From: an uncultured delta proteobacterium | Lineage (GTDB): Bacteria > Myxococcota > Kuafuiibacteriia > Kuafuiibacteriales > Kuafuiibacteriaceae | DNA length: 64,000 nt | NCBI GenBank assembly: GCA_963803435.1 | Contig: CAWDML010000001.1 | Coordinates: 928,001 to 992,000 of the forward strand | Direction of reading: 5' to 3' | Shown: in pieces, positions 1-9,929 of the stretch | Numbering within the stretch: the first letter of the stretch is position 1 | How the letters are laid out: the number at the start of each line of letters is the position of its first letter | Made by a program: the position numbers and the translations under genes | Notes under the pieces: generated by a model | Told to the model about the DNA's origin: nothing | Seen by the model: the letters and a program-made list of their open reading frames with translations, nothing else | Databases searched by the model: none

Positions 1-693
1 TCCCTGGACCAGCTCGGTGACGAGGACACAATCGTCGGACAGCTCCGGATAGACCCGGGGCACGAAGATCTCCGCATCGTTGTCGTAGATCCTCCCGAAT
101 TCCTGCTGGTTGCAGAGCTCGCAGCCGTAGTCACACTCTTCGCCGATGCGCGCGGTGATGTCGCCGATGGTGGTCTCCAGCTCGACCTTCGGAAGCACGA
201 TCGCGGCGGCGGACAGGAGCGTGTCCGCGTTCCTGAGGTCGCTCTCGATCGCCTCCTTGATCCCGGGGTACTGGACCTTGACCGCGACCTCGGTGCCCTC
301 TTCGAGCCGGGCGCGATAGACCTGTCCGATGGAAGCGGCCGCGATCGGCTCTCGATCGAAGCTCGCAAAGCGCGCCTCGATCTGGACGGTGTCGAGCGGC
401 ATCGGACGAGCGCGGATGCGGAGGGCGGCGAGCGTGTCGCGGTAGATGGATCGGTGCTCGGGCGGGACCATGTCATCGACGTAGGACAGCATCTGCCCGA
501 GCTTCATCGGCAGACCCTTCATCTCTCCGAGCCGCGCCATCAGGCGTTCGGCGGCGCGCCGATGGAACTCCTCGCCCGCATTCTTGCCGGCGGCCGCGAC
601 CGCGACCGCGACGTCGCCGGCGAGGCCGGCGGCCATACCGCCGAGCTTCAAGGCTCTCTCGAGGCGGCCGGTCGGAAGGGGATCCTTCGCCAC
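1..693 (-). CDS. AarF/ABC1/UbiB-family atypical kinase, 5' part; runs off the window edge
   Basis: Not in the ORF track. Manual translation from GTG at 693 gives MAKDPLPTGRLERALK...GEMKGLPMKLGQMLS...FASFDREPIAAASIGQVYRARLEEGTEVAVKVQYPGI, which carries the hallmark ABC1 motifs. Confidence 0.85.
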   Translation of the reverse strand, partial: MAKDPLPTGRLERALKLGGMAAGLAGDVAVAVAAAGKNAGEEFHRRAAERLMARLGEMKGLPMKLGQMLSYVDDMVPPEHRSIYRDTLAALRIRARPMPLDTVQIEARFASFDREPIAAASIGQVYRARLEEGTEVAVKVQYPGIKEAIESDLRNADTLLSAAAIVLPKVELETTIGDITARIGEECDYGCELCNQQEFGRIYDNDAEIFVPRVYPELSDDCVLVTELVQG

Positions 694-747
694 TTCAGCC
701 CATGAGTACGTCCCTGCCCGGTCGGGGGCAACAACGATCCGGGGCGA

Positions 748-1512
748 TTACCGGGCCAGATATCCGCCGTCCGCCGCGAGCGCATGGCCGGTGATGAAGG
801 AGGCGGCGTCGGAGCAGAGCCAAATCACGGTCCGAGCGATCTCGAAGGGCGTCGCGACTCGCTTCATTGGATGGCGCTCGCCGATCTGGTCGACTGAGCC
901 CGACGGTCCGGCCAGCTTCGAGCCGCGGAGCATCGGCGTGTCGACGAACCCGGGACAGATCGCGTTGATACGGACCTTTCGCGACGCCGTCTCGAGGGCG
1001 GCGGCGCGGGTCAATCCGATCACCCCATGCTTGGCGGCGACGTAGGAAGAAAGGCCCTCGATCGCGACCATCCCGAAGACCGATGCTGCGTTCACGATGG
1101 CTCCGCCGTCGTTCCTCAACATCTGCCGAATCTCGGACTTGAGGCAGCGGTATAGACCGGTGAGGTTGACGTCGATGACGCGCTGCCACTCCTCCTCCGC
1201 GGACAAGACCAGCGGACCGACCGGGCCGAGGATCCCGGCGCTGTTGAACGCGCAGTCGATCCGACCGAACTCCGACACAGACTGCTCGAACAGCGCCGCC
1301 ACGTCCTCGCTTCGCGTGACGTCACATCGAAGATAGAGCGCCTCCCCGCCTGCTTCGCGGATCTCCGGGACGATGGCGTCCTCCTCCGCCGAAACCAGAT
1401 CCGCCACGACCACTCGGGCACCCCGAGCGGCGAACTCGACCGCAACCGCGGCGCCGATCCCCGAGCTTCCGCCCGTGACCAGCGCGACCTTTCCTTCGAA
1501 CCCTTCACCCAT
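748..1512 (-). CDS. Short-chain dehydrogenase/reductase (classical SDR)
   Basis: TGGSSGIG, FNSAG and YVAAKHG (YxxxK) motifs; C-terminal ITGHALAADGG. Confidence 0.9.
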   Translation of the reverse strand: MGEGFEGKVALVTGGSSGIGAAVAVEFAARGARVVVADLVSAEEDAIVPEIREAGGEALYLRCDVTRSEDVAALFEQSVSEFGRIDCAFNSAGILGPVGPLVLSAEEEWQRVIDVNLTGLYRCLKSEIRQMLRNDGGAIVNAASVFGMVAIEGLSSYVAAKHGVIGLTRAAALETASRKVRINAICPGFVDTPMLRGSKLAGPSGSVDQIGERHPMKRVATPFEIARTVIWLCSDAASFITGHALAADGGYLAR

Positions 1513-1942
1513 GACCGACATCGACCCGGCTCGCGATGGTCTCGCCCTTCGCCACTGTCTGACCGTCGACCTCGGCCTCGCCGGAGAACATCACGCTCTC
1601 GCCCACCCGCCGCTCGAGCCTCGCCTTCAGGATCAGCTCAGCGTCCGGCACCACCGGCCGCAGGAAACGGATCTTCCAGGAACCGACCAGCACCAGCCCC
1701 TCCTCGAAGCCATCCTGGAGCTTGAGGAGCACCAGCGACGTCTGTCCGAGGCCCTCCGCGATCAGCACGCCTGGGTAGATCGGCTGCCCTGGAAAGTGAC
1801 CCTCGAAGATCGGGTCGCTCCGTCGGATCGACCGCACGCCGACGATGCTGCGCCCGGGCTCGACCTCCAGGATCGCGTCGACCATCAGGAAGGGTGGTCG
1901 ATGCGGGACCAAGGCCATGATCTCCTCTCGGTTCAGGCGCAT
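1505..1942 (-). CDS. fabZ: 3-hydroxyacyl-ACP dehydratase (FabZ family)
   Basis: ATG at 1942: MRLNREEIMALVPHRPPFLMVD...FEGHFPGQPIYPGVLIAE; coupled to both neighbours. Confidence 0.85.
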   Translation of the reverse strand: MRLNREEIMALVPHRPPFLMVDAILEVEPGRSIVGVRSIRRSDPIFEGHFPGQPIYPGVLIAEGLGQTSLVLLKLQDGFEEGLVLVGSWKIRFLRPVVPDAELILKARLERRVGESVMFSGEAEVDGQTVAKGETIASRVDVGHG

Positions 1943-1943
1943 T

Positions 1944-3758
1944 TCAGGTCTCCGTACGGCGCAGCGCGAGCTCGAGACCCTCGCGAAACTCGGCGACGTC
2001 CGGCCGCAACGCGAGCGCGCGACGGTAATCGGCGATCGCCTCCGCCGGCTGCCCGAGCTCCAGTCGTGCCCGCGCCCGACCGAAGTACCCCATCGCAAAC
2101 GAGTCGTCGAGCTGCAGCGCCTTCTCGAACTCCCAGAGCGCCTGCTGGAAGCGTTCGGCCCGGAGGTGATCGACGCCCTCGTTGTAGTGGTAGTGCGGAA
2201 ACGAGCGGCCGGTGTGGATGTAGCGGCAGACCGAGAGCTCCAGGTGGAAGTACTTGGCGCCGGTGAACCCGCTGGCTTTGACGCCACCGAGGTAGGGCGC
2301 ACGCGCGTCGAAGTAGAACGGATGGTCGTTCACGAAGACCGATCCGGTCTGGACCCTGCTGGCATAGCGCTCCGCAATGTCAGGATCCCTGGTCCAAATC
2401 GACGCGCGCAGCCCGTACAACGAGTCGTTCGTATAATCGATCGCCTGCTCGATATCGTCGACGATCGCGACCGGGAGCAACGGACCGAAGATCTCGTGCT
2501 TCATGCAATGCAGATCCGGCGTCGCGTCCCCGATCAGCGTCGGATCGAGGAACACCCCGTCGGGGCTCTCGGCGCCGGTGTGATCGAACCAGCGCCCGCC
2601 CCGGAGGATCGGTTTGCCCTTGCGTCGGGCGTCCTCGAGCGTCGCGACGCAGACGTCGCGATCGATGTCGAAGATCGGCATCAAGCAGGGGGCCTCCGTG
2701 AAGATCTCGCTCGGTGGACCGACCGTCCACTCGACCGAGAGCAACGCCAGCAGGCGATCGAGAAAGCGATCGTAGATCTTGCGGTGGACGAAGAGACGCT
2801 TCGGCGCCACACAGACCATTCCACTGAAGATCAGGAAGCGCGTCATGTAGACGGCGGTCGCGGCCGGGGTGATGTCGGCGTCGTCCCAAACGACAGCGGC
2901 ATCGCTACCCGAGAGCTCGAGGACGGCCTTCTTGAACCGCTTCATCAGGCGCGAGCCGATCTCCGTCCCGAGCCCAGTCCCGCCGTAGAAGACGACCGCG
3001 CCGATCCTCGGAGACTTTCCCCAGGCATCGAGAATCTCGCGCGTGTCACCGACCACACTGTTGATCAAACCTGGGAAGCCATGCCGAGCGGCCACCTCCT
3101 GACAGATCTCGGTGAACCGCATCGTCTGGGCGGCCCGGTTGCGAGGCGGTCGCATGATGATCGCGTTGCCGGCGAGCAGCGCGCCCATCATCCCCACGAG
3201 GCTGTTGTAGATCGGCGCGTTTCCGGGCGGCGAGAAACCGACCACCCCGACCGGGAAATACGTGATCCGATCGAACGGCGTGACCTCCTGTCCCTTCAGC
3301 TGCGACACGAAATAGTCGAGGGTCTGCGACTGAAACGTGCCCCGTTCTTCGTAGTGATGTTTGATCTCGAGCTCGAACATCTTGCGAGGTCGGCCCTCGC
3401 AGACCCCCAGGTCCCTGAGATCGCGCTCCTCCCTCCTCAGCGCCGCCCCGATCTCCAAGATCAGCGCTTTTCGCTCCTCGAACGACGAGTCCGAATACGC
3501 GAGATAGGCGCGATGCGCGCTGTCGATTGCCTGCTCGATCTCCGGTTGCCCCGCGATCGCGATCCGGGCGAAGAATCGCCCGCGATCATCCGTGGAGGGC
3601 GTGCCCTCCGAGTTCGCCCGTCGAACGCGTGCGATGGTCCCTTCGTAGTCTCGAACGTACTCGTCGGCGTGCGCGAGGAACTCGTACTGCTTCGTATCGA
3701 CGGCCTCGCCGCCGATACGAAGCGGCAACGTCCTGATCTCGTCCTTCATCAGCCTCAC
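1944..3758 (-). CDS. Aldehyde dehydrogenase family protein with C-terminal TPR extension
   Basis: PGNAP, GGTGLG, LELSGSD, catalytic SGMVCVAPKR, EIFGP and YGLRASIWT motifs; the last ~85 aa are TPR-like (ALWEFEKALQLD...AIADYRRALALRP). Confidence 0.85.
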   Translation of the reverse strand: MRLMKDEIRTLPLRIGGEAVDTKQYEFLAHADEYVRDYEGTIARVRRANSEGTPSTDDRGRFFARIAIAGQPEIEQAIDSAHRAYLAYSDSSFEERKALILEIGAALRREERDLRDLGVCEGRPRKMFELEIKHHYEERGTFQSQTLDYFVSQLKGQEVTPFDRITYFPVGVVGFSPPGNAPIYNSLVGMMGALLAGNAIIMRPPRNRAAQTMRFTEICQEVAARHGFPGLINSVVGDTREILDAWGKSPRIGAVVFYGGTGLGTEIGSRLMKRFKKAVLELSGSDAAVVWDDADITPAATAVYMTRFLIFSGMVCVAPKRLFVHRKIYDRFLDRLLALLSVEWTVGPPSEIFTEAPCLMPIFDIDRDVCVATLEDARRKGKPILRGGRWFDHTGAESPDGVFLDPTLIGDATPDLHCMKHEIFGPLLPVAIVDDIEQAIDYTNDSLYGLRASIWTRDPDIAERYASRVQTGSVFVNDHPFYFDARAPYLGGVKASGFTGAKYFHLELSVCRYIHTGRSFPHYHYNEGVDHLRAERFQQALWEFEKALQLDDSFAMGYFGRARARLELGQPAEAIADYRRALALRPDVAEFREGLELALRRTET

Positions 3759-5023
3759 CCCAGGTTCGACGTCATCAACATGTATTGGTAGGTCGGTGGA
3801 GGCTCGATAGCGGCGTCCACCTGCGGGTGGTAGTTCGGTGCGACCTGCGAGTTCAATCGCTCGATCGTGGGGGCGAGCCGCGCGTGCTTGGCCGCCCTGG
3901 CCTTCCCGTCCCGCTCCTTGAACTCCGGCATCACCTCGCGAGCGAACAGCTCAAACGACTCGCAGACATCCTCGTGGCGCGCATTGCCGGCCTGAGCCTG
4001 GAAGATCACCATGTCCACACCGGCAGCCTCGTAACCAAGCAGCACCTGCCGAACCTGATCGGGCGTCCCGATCGCGCCGCGCAGCGGCCCCGTGATCTTC
4101 TCGAACGCCTCGCGCAACACGCTCTGCTTCTTGTCCTCGACCGTGAGACCCAGCTGCTGGCGGTTGGCCTGGAACTCCTCCCAGATGTTCGTCGTCCCAG
4201 GACGATGGATGCCGTGCAGGTAGTAATGGCAGGTCGTGTAGCAGAAGAAGAGGTAGTTCTCCAGGCCCCGCTCGAGCGCCGCCTTCTCATCGCGAAGGCA
4301 GGTCATCGGCATCAGCGTGGCGATGTTCGGATTGACCGCGAACCCGACCGGCTTGCACTCGCGTTCGAACGTCTCGTAGTACTTTCGGACTCGGAACGCG
4401 CATTCATCCTGGTCCACGAAGCCATACCCGAGGACTCCGACCCCCTTCCTCGCAGCGGCGAGTGCCGCCTCGCGTCGCGTACCCGCCATCCACAGAGGGG
4501 GATGTGGCTTCTGGAGCGGCTTGGGCACCACGTTGATCGGTGGGATCTGGATGTACTTGCCGGAGTGACCGGCGAACGGCGTCTCCACCATCAGCCGCAG
4601 CACGACCTCGAGCGACTCCTCCCACATCGCGCGCTTCTCGGCGTGCGGGATCTCGAACGAGCTCAGCTCCACCAGGGTGTTGGACTCTCCGCTTCCGAAG
4701 TCGACCCTCCCGTTCGATAGGAGGTCCAGCGTCGCGATGCGCTCGGCCGTCCGGATCGGATGGTTGAACTTGTGGATGGCGTGACAAACCCCCGTCCCCA
4801 GGCGGATCTGTTTGGTTCGTTGAGTGAGCGCTCCCAGCAGAACCTCCGGAGCGGCGCTATGGGCATGCTCCTCGAGACCGTGGTGCTCCGTCAGCCAGAT
4901 GTAATCGAACCCAAGCTGATCGGCCAGCTCGAGCTGCGCCAACCCCTCCTGAAAGAGCCTGCGCTCGGTACTCTCATCCCACGGCTTCGGGCATTGCGCT
5001 TCATAGAAAAGACCAAACTTCAT
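3755..5023 (-). CDS. Luciferase-like (LLM class) flavin-dependent monooxygenase
   Basis: MKFGLFYE, GFDYIWLTEHH, HPIRTAERIATLDLLSNGRVDFGSG and PKPLQKPHPPLW motifs. Confidence 0.9.
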   Translation of the reverse strand: MKFGLFYEAQCPKPWDESTERRLFQEGLAQLELADQLGFDYIWLTEHHGLEEHAHSAAPEVLLGALTQRTKQIRLGTGVCHAIHKFNHPIRTAERIATLDLLSNGRVDFGSGESNTLVELSSFEIPHAEKRAMWEESLEVVLRLMVETPFAGHSGKYIQIPPINVVPKPLQKPHPPLWMAGTRREAALAAARKGVGVLGYGFVDQDECAFRVRKYYETFERECKPVGFAVNPNIATLMPMTCLRDEKAALERGLENYLFFCYTTCHYYLHGIHRPGTTNIWEEFQANRQQLGLTVEDKKQSVLREAFEKITGPLRGAIGTPDQVRQVLLGYEAAGVDMVIFQAQAGNARHEDVCESFELFAREVMPEFKERDGKARAAKHARLAPTIERLNSQVAPNYHPQVDAAIEPPPTYQYMLMTSNLG

Positions 5024-5031
5024 CCTCCGAC

Positions 5032-5286
5032 CTACTTTCCGCGCAGCTGTTCGACAATGGAGACGATCGCGGCGACCGTCTGGAAGTCCCGAACTCGGTC
5101 CTCCGGAACCTTGATCGAAAACTTCTTTTCGACCTTGGTAACGATGTCCACGAGAAGGATCGAGTCCATCCCGAGCTCGCGCGTCAGGTGGGCGGTCGGC
5201 GCCAGGTCCTGCTCAGTTTCCAGAATCTCCGACACAATCTGCTTGATCTCAATCGTCGTATCCAAACGAACCTCCAAGTCACACAA
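5032..5286 (-). CDS. Acyl carrier protein
   Basis: About 84 aa, acidic, with an LGMDSI phosphopantetheinylation motif; lies within the FAS/PKS operon. Confidence 0.88.
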   Translation of the reverse strand: MCDLEVRLDTTIEIKQIVSEILETEQDLAPTAHLTRELGMDSILLVDIVTKVEKKFSIKVPEDRVRDFQTVAAIVSIVEQLRGK

Positions 5287-6451
5287 TGGCGGTCGGGTCG
5301 ACCTCCCGCCGGTAATCCACTCCCTCGATCTCGAATCCGAACAGCCTCAGAAACTCGCGCCGATAGCCGTCCTGGTCGCCGAGCTCCCGCAGGTTCTCGG
5401 TGTTCACGAGCGCCATCCGTCGCTCGATCTCCTCCTGGACGTCGGACCGCAGCTCGCGGTCATCCATTCGCAGGAGCGCTCCCGAGGCGTGCGCGGGCAG
5501 CTCCACCCGGAACAGACGCACGATATGGTCGAGGCACTCCTCATGCAGCCGCTTCTGCTTCATGACGCTGTACATCAGCCTGATATAGAGCGGGATGAAC
5601 GGTATCGCGCAGCTCGCCTGGGTCAGCAGGCCCTTGTTCACCGCCACCAGGCAGCGACCGCCCACCGGATCGAGCAGCTGCTGGATCGCTTCGGCTCTCG
5701 CCTCGAGATCCTGCTTTGCGCGACCGATCGTGCCGTCCCCGTAGATCGGCCGGATCACGTCGGGACCGCGATACGAGTACGCGAGCGTGAGCGCGCCCGG
5801 CGCCAAGAGCTGGGCGGCGGCGAGTGCTCGAATCCACGACTCCCAGTCCTCGCCACCCATCACCGCGACGGTCTCGTCGATCTCGCGCGGCGTGGCCGGC
5901 TCGACGGTCAGCGTCGACACCTTTCCATCGGCGCCCTCGACGCTCTTGGCGGTGTGGCTCCGGCCGATCGGCTTGAGGACCGACCAGCGATCGAGGCCTG
6001 TCTTCGAGTCGGTGCGGCGCGGGCTCGCGACGCTATAAACGACGAGATCGAGCTGGCCGAGCTCCGCCGTGATGGTGGCGAGCACCTGCTCTTTCGTTTG
6101 GTCCGAGAACGCATCCGCGTTGATCCAACGGGCGTAGATGCCGTCGCGGGCTGCGGCGCGCTCGATCGCCAGGTTGTGATACCACCCGGGCGATCCGGTC
6201 CGCTTGACGGATGGTGCTCGATCGAGCGCCACCGAGAGCGTATCGGCGCCGTACCCGAACGAGCAGACCAGCCGGCTGGCGAGCCCGTAGCCGGCCGAAC
6301 CACCGAGCACCAGGACCCTTCGCGGTCCGGTGCCACAAGGCCAGCGCTCCGCTCGCACGCGCGCGATCTGCTGCTCCACGTCGGCTGCACAGCCGACCGG
6401 GTGCGTCGTCGCGCAAAGGAACCCACGGATGATTGGCTCGACCTGCATCAT
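5279..6451 (-). CDS. fabV: Enoyl-ACP/trans-2-enoyl-CoA reductase FabV
   Basis: IRGFLCATTHPVGC, GGSAGYGLA, YSVASPRR and YGDGTIGRAK motifs. Confidence 0.9.
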   Translation of the reverse strand: MMQVEPIIRGFLCATTHPVGCAADVEQQIARVRAERWPCGTGPRRVLVLGGSAGYGLASRLVCSFGYGADTLSVALDRAPSVKRTGSPGWYHNLAIERAAARDGIYARWINADAFSDQTKEQVLATITAELGQLDLVVYSVASPRRTDSKTGLDRWSVLKPIGRSHTAKSVEGADGKVSTLTVEPATPREIDETVAVMGGEDWESWIRALAAAQLLAPGALTLAYSYRGPDVIRPIYGDGTIGRAKQDLEARAEAIQQLLDPVGGRCLVAVNKGLLTQASCAIPFIPLYIRLMYSVMKQKRLHEECLDHIVRLFRVELPAHASGALLRMDDRELRSDVQEEIERRMALVNTENLRELGDQDGYRREFLRLFGFEIEGVDYRREVDPTAIV

Positions 6452-6452
6452 T

Positions 6453-7187
6453 TCAGCTGAACCCACCGTCGACGGCGATGACCTGGCCAGTGAGGTACCG
6501 CGCCCCCTCAGAGAGCAGGAACCGCACGACGCTCGCGACGTCCTCGGGCTCGCCGAAGAAGCCCATGGGAATCCGTGAAAGACGATCGCTTCGAATCTTC
6601 TCCGGCAGCTGGTCGGTCATCGCGGTCGTGATGTATCCGGGGGCGACGGCGTTCACGGTGATCCCGTAGCGCGCGACCTCGCGCGCGAGCGCCCGGGTGA
6701 GCCCCACGAGTCCGGCCTTGGCGGCCGCGTAGTTCGCCTGGCCCGCTCCCCCGGTCAACGCGCTCACGGACGAGACGTTCACGATGCGACCTCTGCGCTC
6801 CTTCATCATCCCGAGGATCGCCGCGCGGCTGCAGTGAAACGCACCCGTGAGGTTCACGCCGACGACCTCGTTCCACTCGGCCGCGGTCATGTTGACGAGG
6901 TATCGATCTCTCGTGAGGCCGGCGTTGTTGACCACAGCTTCCACGGTGCCGAATCGATCGAGCACCGAGCGAAAGAAGCCCTGCACCGACGCCTCGTCCG
7001 AGACGTCGGCGCGCGCGGCGAGGCATCGACCGCCGGCGCTCTCGATCTCACGGGCGACGTCGCGTGCGGCCCCCTCCTGGTCGTAGTAGTTGAACGCGAT
7101 CGACCACCCGGCGCGCGCCAGGTCGAGAGCGATCGCGCGTCCGATCCCTCGGCTCGCACCAGTGACGACGGCGACCCTCGCCGTCAT
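6453..7187 (-). CDS. fabG: 3-oxoacyl-ACP reductase
   Basis: ATG at 7187: MTARVAVVTGASRGIG, NNAGLTRD, GQANYAAAKAG, YLTGQVIAVDGG. Confidence 0.9.
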   Translation of the reverse strand: MTARVAVVTGASRGIGRAIALDLARAGWSIAFNYYDQEGAARDVAREIESAGGRCLAARADVSDEASVQGFFRSVLDRFGTVEAVVNNAGLTRDRYLVNMTAAEWNEVVGVNLTGAFHCSRAAILGMMKERRGRIVNVSSVSALTGGAGQANYAAAKAGLVGLTRALAREVARYGITVNAVAPGYITTAMTDQLPEKIRSDRLSRIPMGFFGEPEDVASVVRFLLSEGARYLTGQVIAVDGGFS

Positions 7188-8251
7188 GCATCTACTCTCT
7201 CGAGAACGAGCGACGAGAGGTGTCCGCTGTACGAGACGCAGTTCGTGATGGCGCCCCCGATGGCGCGGTCCGAGCGCATGGTCATCAGTGCGGCGATGAC
7301 GCCGAAGACACCGCTCGTACCGAGGCTCTCGCCAATCAACGACTTCGGTTGGATCGTGCGCGCTCGTTCGAACAGCTCGCGGACCGCGCTCGACTCGGCG
7401 TCGTCCGTCGGTCCGTAGCCGTTGCAGCCCGAGACCACCAGCGACACCCGAGACGCATCGAGCCGCGCGGAGCGGAGCGCCGCCTCCATGTTCTGCGCGA
7501 CGGTCGTGCGCGAGGGTCGCTGCCACGCAAAGGCCGATGCGTGCCCCGAGACCTTCGCGAGCGGCTCTGCGTGACGGGCACGAGCGTGATCGGCGCGCTC
7601 CAGCAGGAGGAAGGCCGCGCCTTCGGAGGGAGCGACGGCCGGGAGGAGCCCGACCTTCTTCAGGTGCGCGAGGGACTCGACGCAGAGCTCTTCTGCACCA
7701 CCCGCCATCACCATGGAGGCGCGTCCCGATCGGATCAGGCTCATGCCGTATCCGATCGCGTCGAGCCCCGAAGCCGTGCCGCTGGAGAGCGTCGTGTTGG
7801 CTCCGACCAGACGGTGTCGGATCGCGACCTGGCTGGCGGGCGCGTTCATGCTCGTGTTTGGGAAGAGCGATGCGGTGACGAAGTTCGGTCCTTCTACGAT
7901 TCGCTCCCGGATGAACTCCATCATGCTCGCGAGCGGACCGAAGGCGGTGCCCAGAACGACGGCCAAGCCCGCGCCCACCGACGTCAGGTCGAGGCGGCCG
8001 CTCGAGGCCGCTTCGGCCGCCGCGATCAACGCGAACCTGGTGATGCGATCCAGCGTTCGAAGCCCCTTCGCGCCGAGGTGCGCCTTGGCATCGAACTCGG
8101 GAACCTCTCCGCCGACCGAGCCCGCGCCCGCTCTCGGGCCCGTCAACTCACGGAGCGGTGAGCGCGAGTTGGAGAGCCCATCCCAGAAGGGCCCGACGCC
8201 GATTCCGTAGGGGCTCACCACGCCAACGCCGGTGATCAGGATTTCAGTCAT
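7184..8251 (-). CDS. Ketosynthase-like chain-length factor (lacks catalytic Cys)
   Basis: KS fold (ITGVGVVSPYG, FPNTSMNAPA, KSLIGES), but the active-site region reads SSGTASG with no Cys; translationally coupled downstream of the KS. Confidence 0.75.
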   Translation of the reverse strand: MTEILITGVGVVSPYGIGVGPFWDGLSNSRSPLRELTGPRAGAGSVGGEVPEFDAKAHLGAKGLRTLDRITRFALIAAAEAASSGRLDLTSVGAGLAVVLGTAFGPLASMMEFIRERIVEGPNFVTASLFPNTSMNAPASQVAIRHRLVGANTTLSSGTASGLDAIGYGMSLIRSGRASMVMAGGAEELCVESLAHLKKVGLLPAVAPSEGAAFLLLERADHARARHAEPLAKVSGHASAFAWQRPSRTTVAQNMEAALRSARLDASRVSLVVSGCNGYGPTDDAESSAVRELFERARTIQPKSLIGESLGTSGVFGVIAALMTMRSDRAIGGAITNCVSYSGHLSSLVLERVDA

Positions 8252-9425
8252 GGCACGCCTCCTCCACCCGCCGCAGCAGCAAGCAGCAATTGTTGCCACC
8301 AAACGCGAACGAGTTCGAGAGCGCGAACCGCACCTCTGCCTCCCGCGCCTCGTTCGGCACGCAGTCGAGATCGCACTCCGGATCGGGTTCGCGATGATTC
8401 ATGGTGGGCGGAATGCATCCGCGAGAGATGCTCAGCGCGCACGCGATCGCCTCGAGCGCGCTCGCGGCTCCGAGCGAGTGTCCGAGCGTCCCTTTGATCG
8501 AGGTCAGCGGCACGTTGCGCGCGCGCTCTCCGAGAAGACGCTTCACAGCCAACGTTTCGATCCGATCGTTCGCGGGCGTCCCGGTTCCATGAGCGTTGAC
8601 ATAATCGATCTGGGCCGGCCACGCGCCCGCGTCGTTCAGCGCTCCTCGCATCGACGCGAACGCGCCATCACCCTCCGGGTGTGGCGAGGTCATGTGGTGC
8701 GCATCGCAGCTCAGACCATAGCCGGCGAGCTCGGCATAGATGCGGGCTCCTCTCGCCTTCGCGCGATCGAGAGGCTCGAGGACCAACATGCCGGCGCCCT
8801 CGGCGAGCATCATTCCGCTCCGATCACCCGAGAACGGGCGAGGAACGTCGGCCGCCATCCCGCCCAGCTTGTGGAAGCCGGTGTACGCGGTCAAAGAGAA
8901 CGGCTCGACCGCGCCCGCGATCATCGCGTCGACTTCGCCGGCGCGAAGAAGATCGAGCGAGTGACCGAGCGTGTAGTTGCCCGCGGCGCACGCCGTCGGA
9001 ATGATCATGTTGGGACCGGAGAGCTGAAGCTCCGCTGCCACGCGCGCAGGGATCAGGTAGGTCGGAAACCAGCCGTACTCGTCGAGCTCGCCCGACTCGC
9101 TTCGGCGCCAGCGCGCCTCGCCCATCTCTTCCATCGCGGGCGACTCGCCGTAAGCGGTGCCGAGGCAGACGCCAGTCCGCAGGCCTTGCGGCTGGAAGTT
9201 CGCATCCTCCACTGCCATGCGCGCCGCCTCGACGGCCAGATCGCACGCGCGCGCCGGTGCCTGATCTGGGATCTGGCCCCCACGCTTCAAGCGATACTCC
9301 GACGTATCGATGCAGTTGATCTCCGAGATACCGGAGTTGCCGCGGATGAGGTTGCTCCAGAACGGTTCGACACCGCGACCGACGGGAGCGATAACACCAA
9401 GTCCAGTAATGACGACACGTGACAC
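8244..9425 (-). CDS. Beta-ketoacyl-ACP synthase (FabF / type II PKS KS-alpha)
   Basis: Intact C-H-H triad: PTACAAG, NAHGTGT, KGTLGHSLG; also SNSFAFGG. Confidence 0.92.
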   Translation of the reverse strand: MSRVVITGLGVIAPVGRGVEPFWSNLIRGNSGISEINCIDTSEYRLKRGGQIPDQAPARACDLAVEAARMAVEDANFQPQGLRTGVCLGTAYGESPAMEEMGEARWRRSESGELDEYGWFPTYLIPARVAAELQLSGPNMIIPTACAAGNYTLGHSLDLLRAGEVDAMIAGAVEPFSLTAYTGFHKLGGMAADVPRPFSGDRSGMMLAEGAGMLVLEPLDRAKARGARIYAELAGYGLSCDAHHMTSPHPEGDGAFASMRGALNDAGAWPAQIDYVNAHGTGTPANDRIETLAVKRLLGERARNVPLTSIKGTLGHSLGAASALEAIACALSISRGCIPPTMNHREPDPECDLDCVPNEAREAEVRFALSNSFAFGGNNCCLLLRRVEEACHD

Positions 9426-9929
9426 GGTCGTGAGATGTTAACAAAAGCCTAGGTCGGAGCAACGGTGAGTGCCGCTCCGCCGTCGACTCAGATGCTGATA
9501 GCTCGTCTTGTGAAGTGCAACTTATCTTGCAAGAGCGGACGCGATGGTCGCAGAACCTACCCACACATCAGTGACGGTCGGCCGATACGTGGAGTGCGCA
9601 GGGCCGGCGCGATTGAGCACGTATGTATCGTTGGTCTGGGTCGCGTGATCTTGAGCGCGCAGTACGTCGGTTGACAGTGAACGTCGCGCGCAACCGCTTG
9701 CAACGTGGTGACGAAGAGACGCTTCGCTTCAACACGTGCGAAGGCCAAACGTGTGACGGTCTCCCCCTTTGATCGGGCTGAAAGCGCTCAGCTACATCGT
9801 CGGTGTCACTACACGGTACGCGACCTCGGCGGGGAGGCCGGGAACGGCCCTCTGCTGGGCGTTCCTGTGCGTAGAGGTCATCGTGCAGGCGCGCCGATAC
9901 GATGCGCTGCGCCCACCGCCTGCGCTTGT

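Noticed and set aside
1944-5023. Bioluminescence (lux) operon
   Set aside because: Only one LLM gene is present, with no luxA/luxB pair and no recognisable luxC, luxD or luxE.
1845-6460. Long + strand ORFs (648, 311 and 566 aa) and similar antisense ORFs across the window
   Set aside because: These are shadow frames of well-supported opposite-strand genes, as expected in high-GC DNA.
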